From Candidatus Hodarchaeota archaeon (GTDB lineage Archaea; Asgardarchaeota; Wukongarchaeia; Wukongarchaeales; Wukongarchaeaceae): a DNA stretch of 49,177 bases. The DNA lies in assembly GCA_048886645.1 (NCBI GenBank), contig JBHLKN010000002.1, forward strand, positions 1 to 49,177, in the 5' to 3' direction. This document shows, piece after piece, positions 9,238 to 16,712 of the stretch (position 1 is its first letter; each line of letters opens with the position of its first letter). The notes under the pieces are model-generated. The model searched no databases. It worked only from the letters and a program-made list of their open reading frames with translations, and was not told the DNA's origin. Both the position numbers and the translations under genes were made by a program.

Positions 9238-9412
9238 TAATATAAATAATAGCCTATGATAAGTTTGATTATCAAATCTTACTTAAAAAACCTTATTTTT
9301 TCAAAAAACTTTTACTTTTTCCATTTTTACCTTATTAAATTAGTTTAAAGCTTTAAAATCTGAATATAAACCAAATAATAAATCTTTTTATGTCCGATGT
9401 ATCCAGTATTCC

Positions 9413-10672
9413 ATGCATGTAAATAAAGGAGTAACTTTAATGCAAAAAAAACGAGAAGAATCTCCGTTTCAAATAGCTTTCAAATTAAACGATCTTTGTA
9501 AAAAGTGCGGATATTGCGATAATTGGATCAATTGCCCTGGTCTTGAAAACTGTACCGGTTGTGGAAGTTGTACGGTCGCATGCCCCCATGAAGCAAGAAT
9601 ATTAGTGCCTGATAAAAGAGAAAGAGGACAGGTAAAGATCAAGGTTGAGGGAGAAACCTATTTTCTGCCTGAAAGAATCACAGTATTAAAAGCTTTAGAG
9701 ACGATAGGTTACCGCTTCTCCTCCTTCCCCGAAAAAGACACAATTTTCGCCCCTTGCAGAACTGGAGGTTGCTGGAGCTGCGCTGTGGAAATCAATGGGA
9801 TGCTAAAGCCTTCCTGCATCACACCGGTTAAAGAAAACATGAATATCAAAATAACAGAACTGGAAAACTTTACTCCTATACGTCTTGTTAGGGGTTTTTC
9901 CGGACATCCCGTAGGCGGGGTAGGCACACCAGCTGAACTTAAAAGAATCCGAGGATACATTGAAGTCGCTTTTTTTGCCCAAGGTTGCTGTTTTCGATGT
10001 CCTTCCTGCCAAAACTGGCACATAACCTATTCTTCTAAAGGCGAACTTCTAACACCTAAAGAAGCTGCGATAAAAATCACAGAGTATAGAAAAATCCACC
10101 AAGTAGACCGCATGGCGATAAGCGGCGGAGAAAGCACCCTAAATAAACCATGGCTCCTCCAGTACATAAAAGAGGCAAAAAACCTCAACAAAGATGAAAA
10201 AGCCCGGGTCCACGTCGACACCAACGGAGCAATACTCACCCCGGACTACATAGACGCCCTCCTAGAAGAAGGAATGACCGACATAGGCATCGACGTAAAA
10301 GGTCTAGAACTTGAAACCTTTATGAAAATCACAAACCTCCATGATAAAGAACTCGCCCAAAAATATTTCGAAACAGAATGGAACGCAGTAAAATACATAA
10401 TAGACAACTACTGGCAAGATGTGTTTTTAGGTTTAGGAATACCCTATAACCCAGTCCTAATTTCCCTAGAAGAGGTTAGAAAAATCGGGGAAAAAATCGT
10501 TAAATGGGAACCAAACATACAAGTATGTGCTTTAGACTACCGCCCAGAATTTCGAGCAAAACACCTCATATGGCCAACAATCGCCGAAATGATGAAAGTA
10601 AAACAAACCTTAGACGAAACCGGCCTAAAAAACGCTATGTGCCAAACAAAAGGAGGCCATATAGGACCATGA
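9413..10672 (+). CDS. Radical SAM enzyme (PflA/AmmeMemoRadiSam-like core) with N-terminal 4Fe-4S ferredoxin and NuoG/HndD-type 2Fe-2S domains
   Basis: CKKCGYCDNWINCPG..CTGCGSCTVACPHEA (Cys clusters). CRTGGCWSCAVEINGMLKPSCITPV (2Fe-2S fer2_4 pattern). GCCFRCPSCQNW fits CX3CX2C followed by QNW. Confidence 0.85.
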   Translation: MHVNKGVTLMQKKREESPFQIAFKLNDLCKKCGYCDNWINCPGLENCTGCGSCTVACPHEARILVPDKRERGQVKIKVEGETYFLPERITVLKALETIGYRFSSFPEKDTIFAPCRTGGCWSCAVEINGMLKPSCITPVKENMNIKITELENFTPIRLVRGFSGHPVGGVGTPAELKRIRGYIEVAFFAQGCCFRCPSCQNWHITYSSKGELLTPKEAAIKITEYRKIHQVDRMAISGGESTLNKPWLLQYIKEAKNLNKDEKARVHVDTNGAILTPDYIDALLEEGMTDIGIDVKGLELETFMKITNLHDKELAQKYFETEWNAVKYIIDNYWQDVFLGLGIPYNPVLISLEEVRKIGEKIVKWEPNIQVCALDYRPEFRAKHLIWPTIAEMMKVKQTLDETGLKNAMCQTKGGHIGP

Positions 10673-11469
10673 AACACCGCGATTACTCCCACCAAAAAAA
10701 TAAGTTGAAATTTGATAGGAGTGTTTGGGTCCCTCAAGCCCTAAAAATAGAAGAAGCGATCAAGCTAGAACCAATCCTCAAAAAATACCTAGTAAAAAAA
10801 GGAATCGATTTCAAATCTAAAGAAGCCCTCCGCCTTTACAACCTCCTAATAGCACGAGAAAAATATGACCTCGACCTAGAACTACCTAAAAACGCTTTAA
10901 CCCCAACTTCTCCCCTACGCTTCGCTTTCCTCAAAGAAACCATCAAGCCGAAAAACGATGTTTTAGAAATAGGAACAGGAGCAAGCGCCATCATAGCACT
11001 CCTTGCAGCAAAACATTTCAATGCAAAAGTCTTCGCCACAGAAAAAGACCCTCAACTGTACGAATACGCTAGACTAAACGTTAAGAAAAACAGGTTAGAA
11101 GACCGCGTAAAAATAATCCCAGCAGAAAAAAACAACGTTATAAAAGGAATAATAGGGGAAGACGTTAAATTTGATGCCATCCTTTCAAACCCTCCATGGT
11201 ATAAAGAAAAAGAAACAAGAGGGAAAGCATTCTCAGGAAAAACCCACGAACTCAGCGATCAAACCCTATCATCCCAAATCATAAAAGAGGGAGTAGAATT
11301 CCTAAAAAAAGAAGGAATAATAGCGTTACTTTTAAGCGCAAAACACCAAGAAAGAATAAAAAAACTTGAAAACCAAATGAAAAACCTAAAACTCAAAACA
11401 ATCCTCATAAAACTAACAGCAGGAAAAAGAACCCGAGCAATCCTCATAGGAAAAAGAAAAATATATTAG
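10669..11469 (+). CDS. RlmF/METTL16-like class I SAM-dependent (N6-adenine type, NPPW) RNA methyltransferase
   Basis: ATG at 10669 overlaps the upstream TGA (ATGA). GIDFKSKEALRLYNLLIAREKYDLDLELPKNALTPTSPLRF parallels the RlmF N-terminal region. VLEIGTGASAI is motif I and FDAILSNPPWY is motif IV. The 10504 start in the ORF track would overlap the radical SAM gene by 169 nt with a low-complexity basic extension, so I rejected it. Confidence 0.8.
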   Translation: MKHRDYSHQKNKLKFDRSVWVPQALKIEEAIKLEPILKKYLVKKGIDFKSKEALRLYNLLIAREKYDLDLELPKNALTPTSPLRFAFLKETIKPKNDVLEIGTGASAIIALLAAKHFNAKVFATEKDPQLYEYARLNVKKNRLEDRVKIIPAEKNNVIKGIIGEDVKFDAILSNPPWYKEKETRGKAFSGKTHELSDQTLSSQIIKEGVEFLKKEGIIALLLSAKHQERIKKLENQMKNLKLKTILIKLTAGKRTRAILIGKRKIY

Positions 11470-11600
11470 TTATAATAATACCTTAAAAAAATGCGGGGCC
11501 AGTGGCTCAGCTAGGTAGAGCGACAGAAAAGAGAAAAACTCGTCGAAGCTCTTAGCCTCCAAAGGGAAAGTAACCTGTTGGTCGGGGATTCAAATCCCCT
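11439..11600 (+). repeat. Left copy of a diverged direct repeat (methyltransferase 3' end, tRNA promoter, and tRNA-Lys up to the T arm)
   Basis: AATCCTCATAGGAAAAA...ATATTAGTTATAATAATA...GGGCCAGTGGCTCAG...CCCCT aligns with 14310-14480 with scattered substitutions and small indels. Confidence 0.8.
11496..11600 (+). pseudogene. 3'-truncated, degenerate copy of intron-containing tRNA-Lys(CUU)
   Basis: Same 5' acceptor GGGCCAG, D arm, two introns and anticodon loop CTCTTA as the copy at 14375. After the T arm it reads TTGAAAA instead of CTGGCCC, so there is no 3' acceptor strand. The T stem carries a G53-to-A change (GGGGA). Confidence 0.7.
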
Positions 11601-11660
11601 TTGAAAATATGTTAAAGTTTGATAGGAGTTTTCGGTTCTTGGTTCTTCTTCCTGTATTGT

Positions 11661-14171
11661 CTATTTTTTCTCTTCTTTGATTTCAATTTTTGCTAAGGTA
11701 AGGAAATCTTGCCTTATGGCTTCAATAAATGCTTCGTGTGCCTTTCTAGTATTGTCGTCAAATTCAACCTTTGACGCTTGAATTAACTCTTCCAAGAAGA
11801 ATTCTTTCTTCTGATCTGCTAAAATACGGGCAGTCCTCAAAATCTTTTTAACATCATCCCCTACCTCAGCTTCTTCAATCTCTTCATAGCTCAAAGAAAT
11901 CGTGACTTTATCTTGAAGCACTGACGTGGGGGTTATACCGAAAATCTGAATAACTTCTTTATCTAGATTAAGCTGTATATCAAGGACACCAAATGTATCA
12001 GAAGAATAGATATTCCCATACTTTTCCTCAACACACTCCGCAAAACAAAGTACTTTTTCTTCCAAACGTTTACTTGGCTTATCACTCAAAATCAACACAC
12101 AATAAAAAGTGCCAGTATAAACAAAATAGTAAGGATGAGTAGGATAAACTTTCATCGTTTCTAAACTAGTTCTTACAACTTCTTTTGTAATATCTTTAAT
12201 AGCTGTGAAGAAACCGCTCACCAAATTCCTATCTACGACACTTCTCTCCTCAGTAATAACCCCAGAAGGGGTCTGATCATATAAAGCAAAACTCTGCAAA
12301 ATAACCATAATCCTGCGAATCTTCTCCCTATCAAGACGCTCCTGTTTACGAGTTGAGTAAAACCTCGATAAAACAACCGAAGAAAAAGTACCCATTGCCA
12401 TTAAAATTAAGTACGGTGAATAATCTAAAAACTGATCCATGAAAGTTGCCTTTATAACCAATAAAAGTTGTAACGATTGGGGCATGTAATTCTTTAGGCA
12501 AGCTTTTATATTGATATAATATGTCCCTTCATCCAAGGAATTGGTTTTTATATTTAGCTTGTATACGCCTTCACCTACCTCCTCTAACTGGCCCGAACCA
12601 TAATCCCACTCATAGGTAAGGTTAGCGCCAGTGAGCAAGGAACCCTGACTGTCGCTGAAAGTGACTTCGAACACGGCTGTTTCTCCAATTTCCCTAGTAA
12701 GGGTAATTTTGTCAGCGCTTAAAGTGGTTGATATGGGGATTATTTCAAGAGTAAGTTGCAGAGACTGGCTGTCATAGTTCTCCTTGGAAGCAGTCACGTT
12801 GATGCAGTAGGTTCCCAAGTCCAAGTAACCAGTATCTATTGTTAAGTTGTAGACGCCGTTGCCTATTTCGTTTAATGGCTCCGATCCGTAGCTCCATTCG
12901 TATACAACTTTTGCACCTGTTATGGGGGCATCGTTATAGGTGTCTCTGAAGGCGACTTCTAAAGCTGCTGCTACACCAGACTCCCTCACCAGGATGGTGT
13001 AAGGCGCGTTTAAAGCCGTTGAAATGTTAACCACGTTAACCTTTATCGGAAAGCGTTGGCGTTCGAACCCTGGAGCAATGGCGTTAACCCAGACAGGGTA
13101 ATATAGCCCCGAATCAATTGTTTGAGGTGCTTGGAGGGTTACTGTATAGCTGCTCAAAACGGGATCATTGTGTTTTTCAAAACCGAATCCTCCCATCCAA
13201 GGTGTTCCATTGTAGGTTATCTCTATTTGAGCGTTTTCGACAAGTTTCAGTTTACTCTCAGAAATGTTGAAGTAAGCGTAGTAAACGCTGAAATTTACAT
13301 AGTCGCCGTATGTAGCCTTGACTTCTGGGGGCAGAATATAATACGTGCTCTCTGATTCTATAATTAAACCAATATTATCTACATAAATTTGGGTTGTATT
13401 GGAGTAAGGTTCACTGCCATAAGCGTCATTTGTAACAACCAACTCGACTTTAAACTCTAAATAGCTCGGCAAACGCTCGTTTAACCATTCTGAGAGCTTC
13501 ATTCCTTCAGCAGAGGTAATTTTAACGTAGGTCCATCCACTACCCGGCCCGGTGAGGTCTCTGAGTCTGCCTTCCCACATCAACGTGTCGTTGATCCAAA
13601 ACCGAAGGTTGATCCTATACCTTATCTGCCATGTCTCGTTATCTGCTGCCATAACATAGTAATCGAAAACAAGCCTAGCACCCTCTTCAGTTTCTGGAAT
13701 TGGAGTGTGCCTATCAACCATAACAGTTTGACTCCACCAAACTTTATCGTCTTCATCGTAGTCGTAATATGATCCTTCAAGATCCCCATCAATTCTCAGA
13801 AGTATGTTGACTTCTCCAGGCCCAGTTTCGTTCTGATGAGTTGGATCTCCGGTCCAATAAGTTGTCATGTTATTCTGATGAGAGGGTGCGTCGTAGGTAC
13901 CGTTGTTCCATGGTTTGTATGTGTCTTCAAAGGTACCGTTGATGAGCCAATTTTCTTCGCCATCCGTCACGTAAGTTGAACGGCTAGGTAGATCAGGTGA
14001 TTGCAGGCTTTCAGACGTATCGTAAGCCTCTTCATACAGATTAAAAGGGTCAAAATATACGGATAATAACGTTGAAGTGACAAATAAGACTAATAAAAAT
14101 CCAGTTAGAAACGACTTTTTTTGGGTTTGATAAACCATACCCATTTGGTATATCAAACAAATATCCCCCAA
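11661..14171 (-). CDS. Type I-like surface protein: N-terminal anchor, CBM/jelly-roll-like domain, three Ig-like repeats, one TM helix, cytoplasmic longin/roadblock-like domain and helical tail
   Basis: ORF track entry. Hydrophobic aa 21-39. About 14 N-x-S/T sequons, all before aa 580. WLINGTFEDTYKPWNNG. Tandem repeats at aa 383-480 and 481-576 (nt 12444-13025). TM at aa 586-603 (nt 12363-12416). The cytoplasmic part reads ILQSFALYD..GVITEE..LVSGFFTAIKDITKEV..MKVY..YYFVYTG..FYCVLILSD..LEEKVLCFAECVEEKYG. The start may be M10 or M12. Confidence 0.8.
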   Translation of the reverse strand: MGDICLIYQMGMVYQTQKKSFLTGFLLVLFVTSTLLSVYFDPFNLYEEAYDTSESLQSPDLPSRSTYVTDGEENWLINGTFEDTYKPWNNGTYDAPSHQNNMTTYWTGDPTHQNETGPGEVNILLRIDGDLEGSYYDYDEDDKVWWSQTVMVDRHTPIPETEEGARLVFDYYVMAADNETWQIRYRINLRFWINDTLMWEGRLRDLTGPGSGWTYVKITSAEGMKLSEWLNERLPSYLEFKVELVVTNDAYGSEPYSNTTQIYVDNIGLIIESESTYYILPPEVKATYGDYVNFSVYYAYFNISESKLKLVENAQIEITYNGTPWMGGFGFEKHNDPVLSSYTVTLQAPQTIDSGLYYPVWVNAIAPGFERQRFPIKVNVVNISTALNAPYTILVRESGVAAALEVAFRDTYNDAPITGAKVVYEWSYGSEPLNEIGNGVYNLTIDTGYLDLGTYCINVTASKENYDSQSLQLTLEIIPISTTLSADKITLTREIGETAVFEVTFSDSQGSLLTGANLTYEWDYGSGQLEEVGEGVYKLNIKTNSLDEGTYYINIKACLKNYMPQSLQLLLVIKATFMDQFLDYSPYLILMAMGTFSSVVLSRFYSTRKQERLDREKIRRIMVILQSFALYDQTPSGVITEERSVVDRNLVSGFFTAIKDITKEVVRTSLETMKVYPTHPYYFVYTGTFYCVLILSDKPSKRLEEKVLCFAECVEEKYGNIYSSDTFGVLDIQLNLDKEVIQIFGITPTSVLQDKVTISLSYEEIEEAEVGDDVKKILRTARILADQKKEFFLEELIQASKVEFDDNTRKAHEAFIEAIRQDFLTLAKIEIKEEKK

Positions 14172-14309
14172 TAAAGAATGATACTTCTCTAAAAGAATAA
14201 GATATTATTAATTAAATATTCTCAACAAACGATATAATCATTTTTCCTATTTTGTCGAATAATATCTGCTTTAAATCCAAATTAATCCAATGACGTACCA
14301 AACACAAGA

Positions 14310-14480
14310 AATCCTTATAGGAAAAATATATTAAAAAACATATTAGTTAATAATAACACAATAAAAAGCCACAAGGGCCAGTAGCTCAGCTAGGTAGAGC
14401 GACAGAAAAGAACAAAAACCCGTCGAAGCTCTTAACCTTCAAAAGGAAAGTAACCTGTTGGTCGGGGGTTCAAATCCCCT
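14310..14480 (+). repeat. Right copy of the diverged direct repeat (relic of the methyltransferase C-terminus, promoter, and tRNA-Lys)
   Basis: GAA ATC CTT ATA GGA AAA ATA TAT TAA encodes EILIGKIY*. The intact gene end at 11436-11469 encodes AILIGKRKIY*, so the relic has an in-frame 6-nt deletion. The homologous promoter and tRNA body follow. Confidence 0.8.
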
Positions 14481-14491
14481 CTGGCCCGCCA
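14375..14491 (+). tRNA. tRNA-Lys(CUU) with two introns (about 22 nt near position 30/31 and 18 nt at canonical 37/38) and encoded CCA
   Basis: Acceptor GGGCCAG/CTGGCCC, D arm GCTC-AGCTAGGTA-GAGC, T arm GGGGG-TTCAAAT-CCCCT, discriminator G plus CCA. Removing 14406-14427 and 14435-14452 gives anticodon arm ACAGG-CTCTTAA-CCTGT, with anticodon CTT at 14431-14433, and a 74-nt mature body that resembles archaeal tRNA-Lys. Splice junctions can slide by 1-2 nt. Confidence 0.85.
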
Positions 14492-14657
14492 TCCTCTTTC
14501 GCTTCCTTTTACTTCTTTTAAAACGAATGGTTCTTTTTAACAAGAATCTAAAAAAAGATGTGATTTTTATAAAGAATTAATAGATTTTTAACGATTTTTC
14601 TTGTTTTCGGGAGAAACATAAATATTCTTTTTTACTAATTATATTATTAGGAAACCT

Positions 14658-14671
14658 CTTAACATGTTAAG
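14658..14671. promoter_or_regulatory. Perfect 14-bp palindrome CTTAACATGTTAAG upstream of the gelsolin gene; candidate operator
   Basis: Read directly from the sequence, 56 nt upstream of the ATG at 14727. Related GTTCTT(T)nAAC half-sites occur at 14527-14541 and about 14696-14708. Confidence 0.35.
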
Positions 14672-14726
14672 AACCATCTGAAAACGATGCTGTTTTTAAC
14701 GTGTTCTTTCTAAGGAGTGGGTTTTT

Positions 14727-15314
14727 ATGAAACTATTCCATGTAGTTAAAGACGATTTAGAAGAAATTAACGAAGCAGAATTTTACGAAGGCGATGTATA
14801 CGTAGTAGACGATGGAATGCGAATTTTCATATGGCGAGGCAAAGATTGCACTGTTGATGAAAAGTTCGTCGGAGCATGGCTCAGTAACAAGCTAGATATG
14901 GACAGACGTGGGTACCCCAAGGTTGTCTCGTGTACTCAAGGAGACGAACCGCAAGATTTGATAGATTTGCTTGGCGGTGCTCCAAAAGTGAAGCCTGGAG
15001 GGACTCCAGGACTCCTAGCACACGTAGAAGTGGAGAAAGAAGTGTTTAAACCAAAGCTTTACAAGGCGATAGGTCCTGAAAACTTCGAGGAAGTGCCTCT
15101 TGCAAGGTCAAGTTTAGTCGGTGATGACGCTTTTGTTTTAGACGACGGTCTTAACATCTATGTTTGGCTTGGTCGTGGTGCTTCTGCGCTTGAAAAGTTT
15201 GAAGCAGGTCGTATCGGGCGGAAGCTTGATTCTGAGAGAAAATTTACACCTCAAGTGATCGTTATACATGAAGGCGAAGATGAGCCACCGAAATTTAAAG
15301 AACTCTTAGGATAA
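14727..15314 (+). CDS. Two-domain gelsolin/cofilin-fold protein (Asgard 2DGel-like actin regulator)
   Basis: There are two gelsolin repeats: FYEGDVYVVDDGMRIFIWRGKDCTVDEKFVGAWLSNKLD...TQGDEPQDLIDLLGG and LVGDDAFVLDDGLNIYVWLGRGASALEKFEAGRIGRKLD...HEGEDEPPKFKELLG. Both match the gelsolin pattern D.F.LD.G..IY.W.G...s..Ek..A......EG.EP..F. SD AAGGAG lies upstream. Confidence 0.8.
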   Translation: MKLFHVVKDDLEEINEAEFYEGDVYVVDDGMRIFIWRGKDCTVDEKFVGAWLSNKLDMDRRGYPKVVSCTQGDEPQDLIDLLGGAPKVKPGGTPGLLAHVEVEKEVFKPKLYKAIGPENFEEVPLARSSLVGDDAFVLDDGLNIYVWLGRGASALEKFEAGRIGRKLDSERKFTPQVIVIHEGEDEPPKFKELLG

Positions 15315-15394
15315 GAAGGTACAAAGAACGAAATAATTCCTTTTTAGGCGGTAAAGCGGTCGATTTTTTAGACCTCACCCTTTTTTTATTTCTT

Positions 15395-16669
15395 TTATAG
15401 GATTTTTGTGATTATTGGCGCGAGGAGTCTAATGGTTATTGGTATTTTTGCGCGGATCATTTTTTCAAGCATCCCTTGTCTTATAAATTTTAAAAACTTC
15501 TCAACTTTTTTATCATTATGAGCTATTTTATCCCAAAGTTTTCTTACATATAGTCCGTTTTTTATCGGTTTCTGTAAAATGCTTTTCCAAGTTTTTTCGT
15601 AGTTGGAAAGCGGTGTGTTTCCTTCTAAATGTTTGGCTATTGTTTGTCCTGCTATTTCTCCTGCTATTATGGCGGGAGGCATGCCTGCTCCAACATGGAC
15701 GATGACTTGTCCTGCAGCATCCCCCACGAGCAAAACGTTTTTGTAAAAGGTTTTCTCCAAAGTTCCTCCTACGGGGACATGGGCAGCTATAACGCTTTTA
15801 ACAGTAGTGTCTTTTAAAAGGTTTGAAGCTTGAGGATGCTCTTTTATAAAACGCTGTAAACAGCCTCTCAAAGTGTCCTCTGACCGCATATAGGGTTTAC
15901 GAATCCCTGTACCTACGTTGACCATCCCGTTTCCTTTAGGAATAATCCAGGCATAAGCCCCTGGGCTATAATCTTGCCCTATATACATCCTGCAAACATC
16001 CTCTTCCCCCGAAAAATTATCCATAACATATTGGCGTGCTGTAACCAAATCAAGGTCTCTGTAACTTTGAAACATGTTCCCTTGTTTCGCGACGGTGGAA
16101 TCAGCTCCATCAGCTCCTACAATAACACTACCCCTCAAAATTTTTCGTTCACCTTTCTCTTCCTTCTTCTTCACCATTACTCCCTTAACTCCTTCTTCCC
16201 CCGTTTCAAGTTGAACGCATCTTGTGTTTAGGAGAAGTTCTGCTCCCGAATTGACAGCCTCCCCTACCATCCATTGAACATATCTCCTTCGATCGATAAC
16301 ATAAGCATCAAAACTAACCCGCCGTTCATATCCAAAAGGAGAGACAAGGGAGATCTCTTTCGTAATGTTTGTTGAAAACTTTTCACTCTCTAAAAGGAGA
16401 GAAAAGAAGTCTCCTTTTTCGGGAATTATCTTAAAAATTTCTTCTAAACCTGGCATGAACTCTCCACAGCGAACTCTATACTCAGGTTCGGGCATTTGCT
16501 CAATAATCACAGTTCTTAAACCGAATTTCGCTGTAGTAAAAGCTATAGCTGCTCCGGCAGGTCCAGCTCCAATAATTACAACATCATAGAAGGAATCATT
16601 TCTGACCAAAAAATTCACCATACCATGGTAAGTAAAAGAAAAATAAGTATTTTTATTCCAAGCAAACAA
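15395..16669 (-). CDS. Geranylgeranyl reductase family FAD-dependent oxidoreductase (lipid or prenyl reductase)
   Basis: YDVVIIGAGPAGAAIAFTTAKFGLRTVIIEQ (GxGxxG dinucleotide fold), VIVGADGADS, LLVGDAAG. The start is probably M17 (16621). Confidence 0.85.
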   Translation of the reverse strand: MFAWNKNTYFSFTYHGMVNFLVRNDSFYDVVIIGAGPAGAAIAFTTAKFGLRTVIIEQMPEPEYRVRCGEFMPGLEEIFKIIPEKGDFFSLLLESEKFSTNITKEISLVSPFGYERRVSFDAYVIDRRRYVQWMVGEAVNSGAELLLNTRCVQLETGEEGVKGVMVKKKEEKGERKILRGSVIVGADGADSTVAKQGNMFQSYRDLDLVTARQYVMDNFSGEEDVCRMYIGQDYSPGAYAWIIPKGNGMVNVGTGIRKPYMRSEDTLRGCLQRFIKEHPQASNLLKDTTVKSVIAAHVPVGGTLEKTFYKNVLLVGDAAGQVIVHVGAGMPPAIIAGEIAGQTIAKHLEGNTPLSNYEKTWKSILQKPIKNGLYVRKLWDKIAHNDKKVEKFLKFIRQGMLEKMIRAKIPITIRLLAPIITKIL

Positions 16670-16712
16670 AAAATCCGAAAAACAAAGAGAAAAAAAGCTT
16701 AAAATAGAGGAT

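Noticed and set aside
8853-9245. 130-aa Arg/Asn-rich ORF that overlaps the membrane-protein gene in another frame
   Set aside because: Its composition is typical of an off-frame reading of a hydrophobic gene. The in-frame membrane protein has coherent TM helices.
10504-10668. The long N-terminal extension of the methyltransferase ORF given in the track (start at 10504)
   Set aside because: It would overlap the radical SAM gene by 169 nt and encode a basic low-complexity peptide. ATG 10669 forms a classic ATGA stop-start overlap, and similarity to RlmF begins after it.
11496-11600. The left tRNA-Lys copy as a functional split or trans-spliced tRNA half
   Set aside because: Known split tRNAs break at intron positions and carry complementary leader sequences. 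This copy is missing only the 3' acceptor strand and has a damaged T stem, so it fits a truncated pseudogene better.
12444-13025. The tandem roughly 290-nt repeats inside the 836-aa gene as a possible diversity-generating (TR/VR) pair
   Set aside because: The repeats are only about 45 percent identical at protein level, with differences at all base types. No reverse transcriptase is nearby. They are ordinary Ig-like domain duplications.
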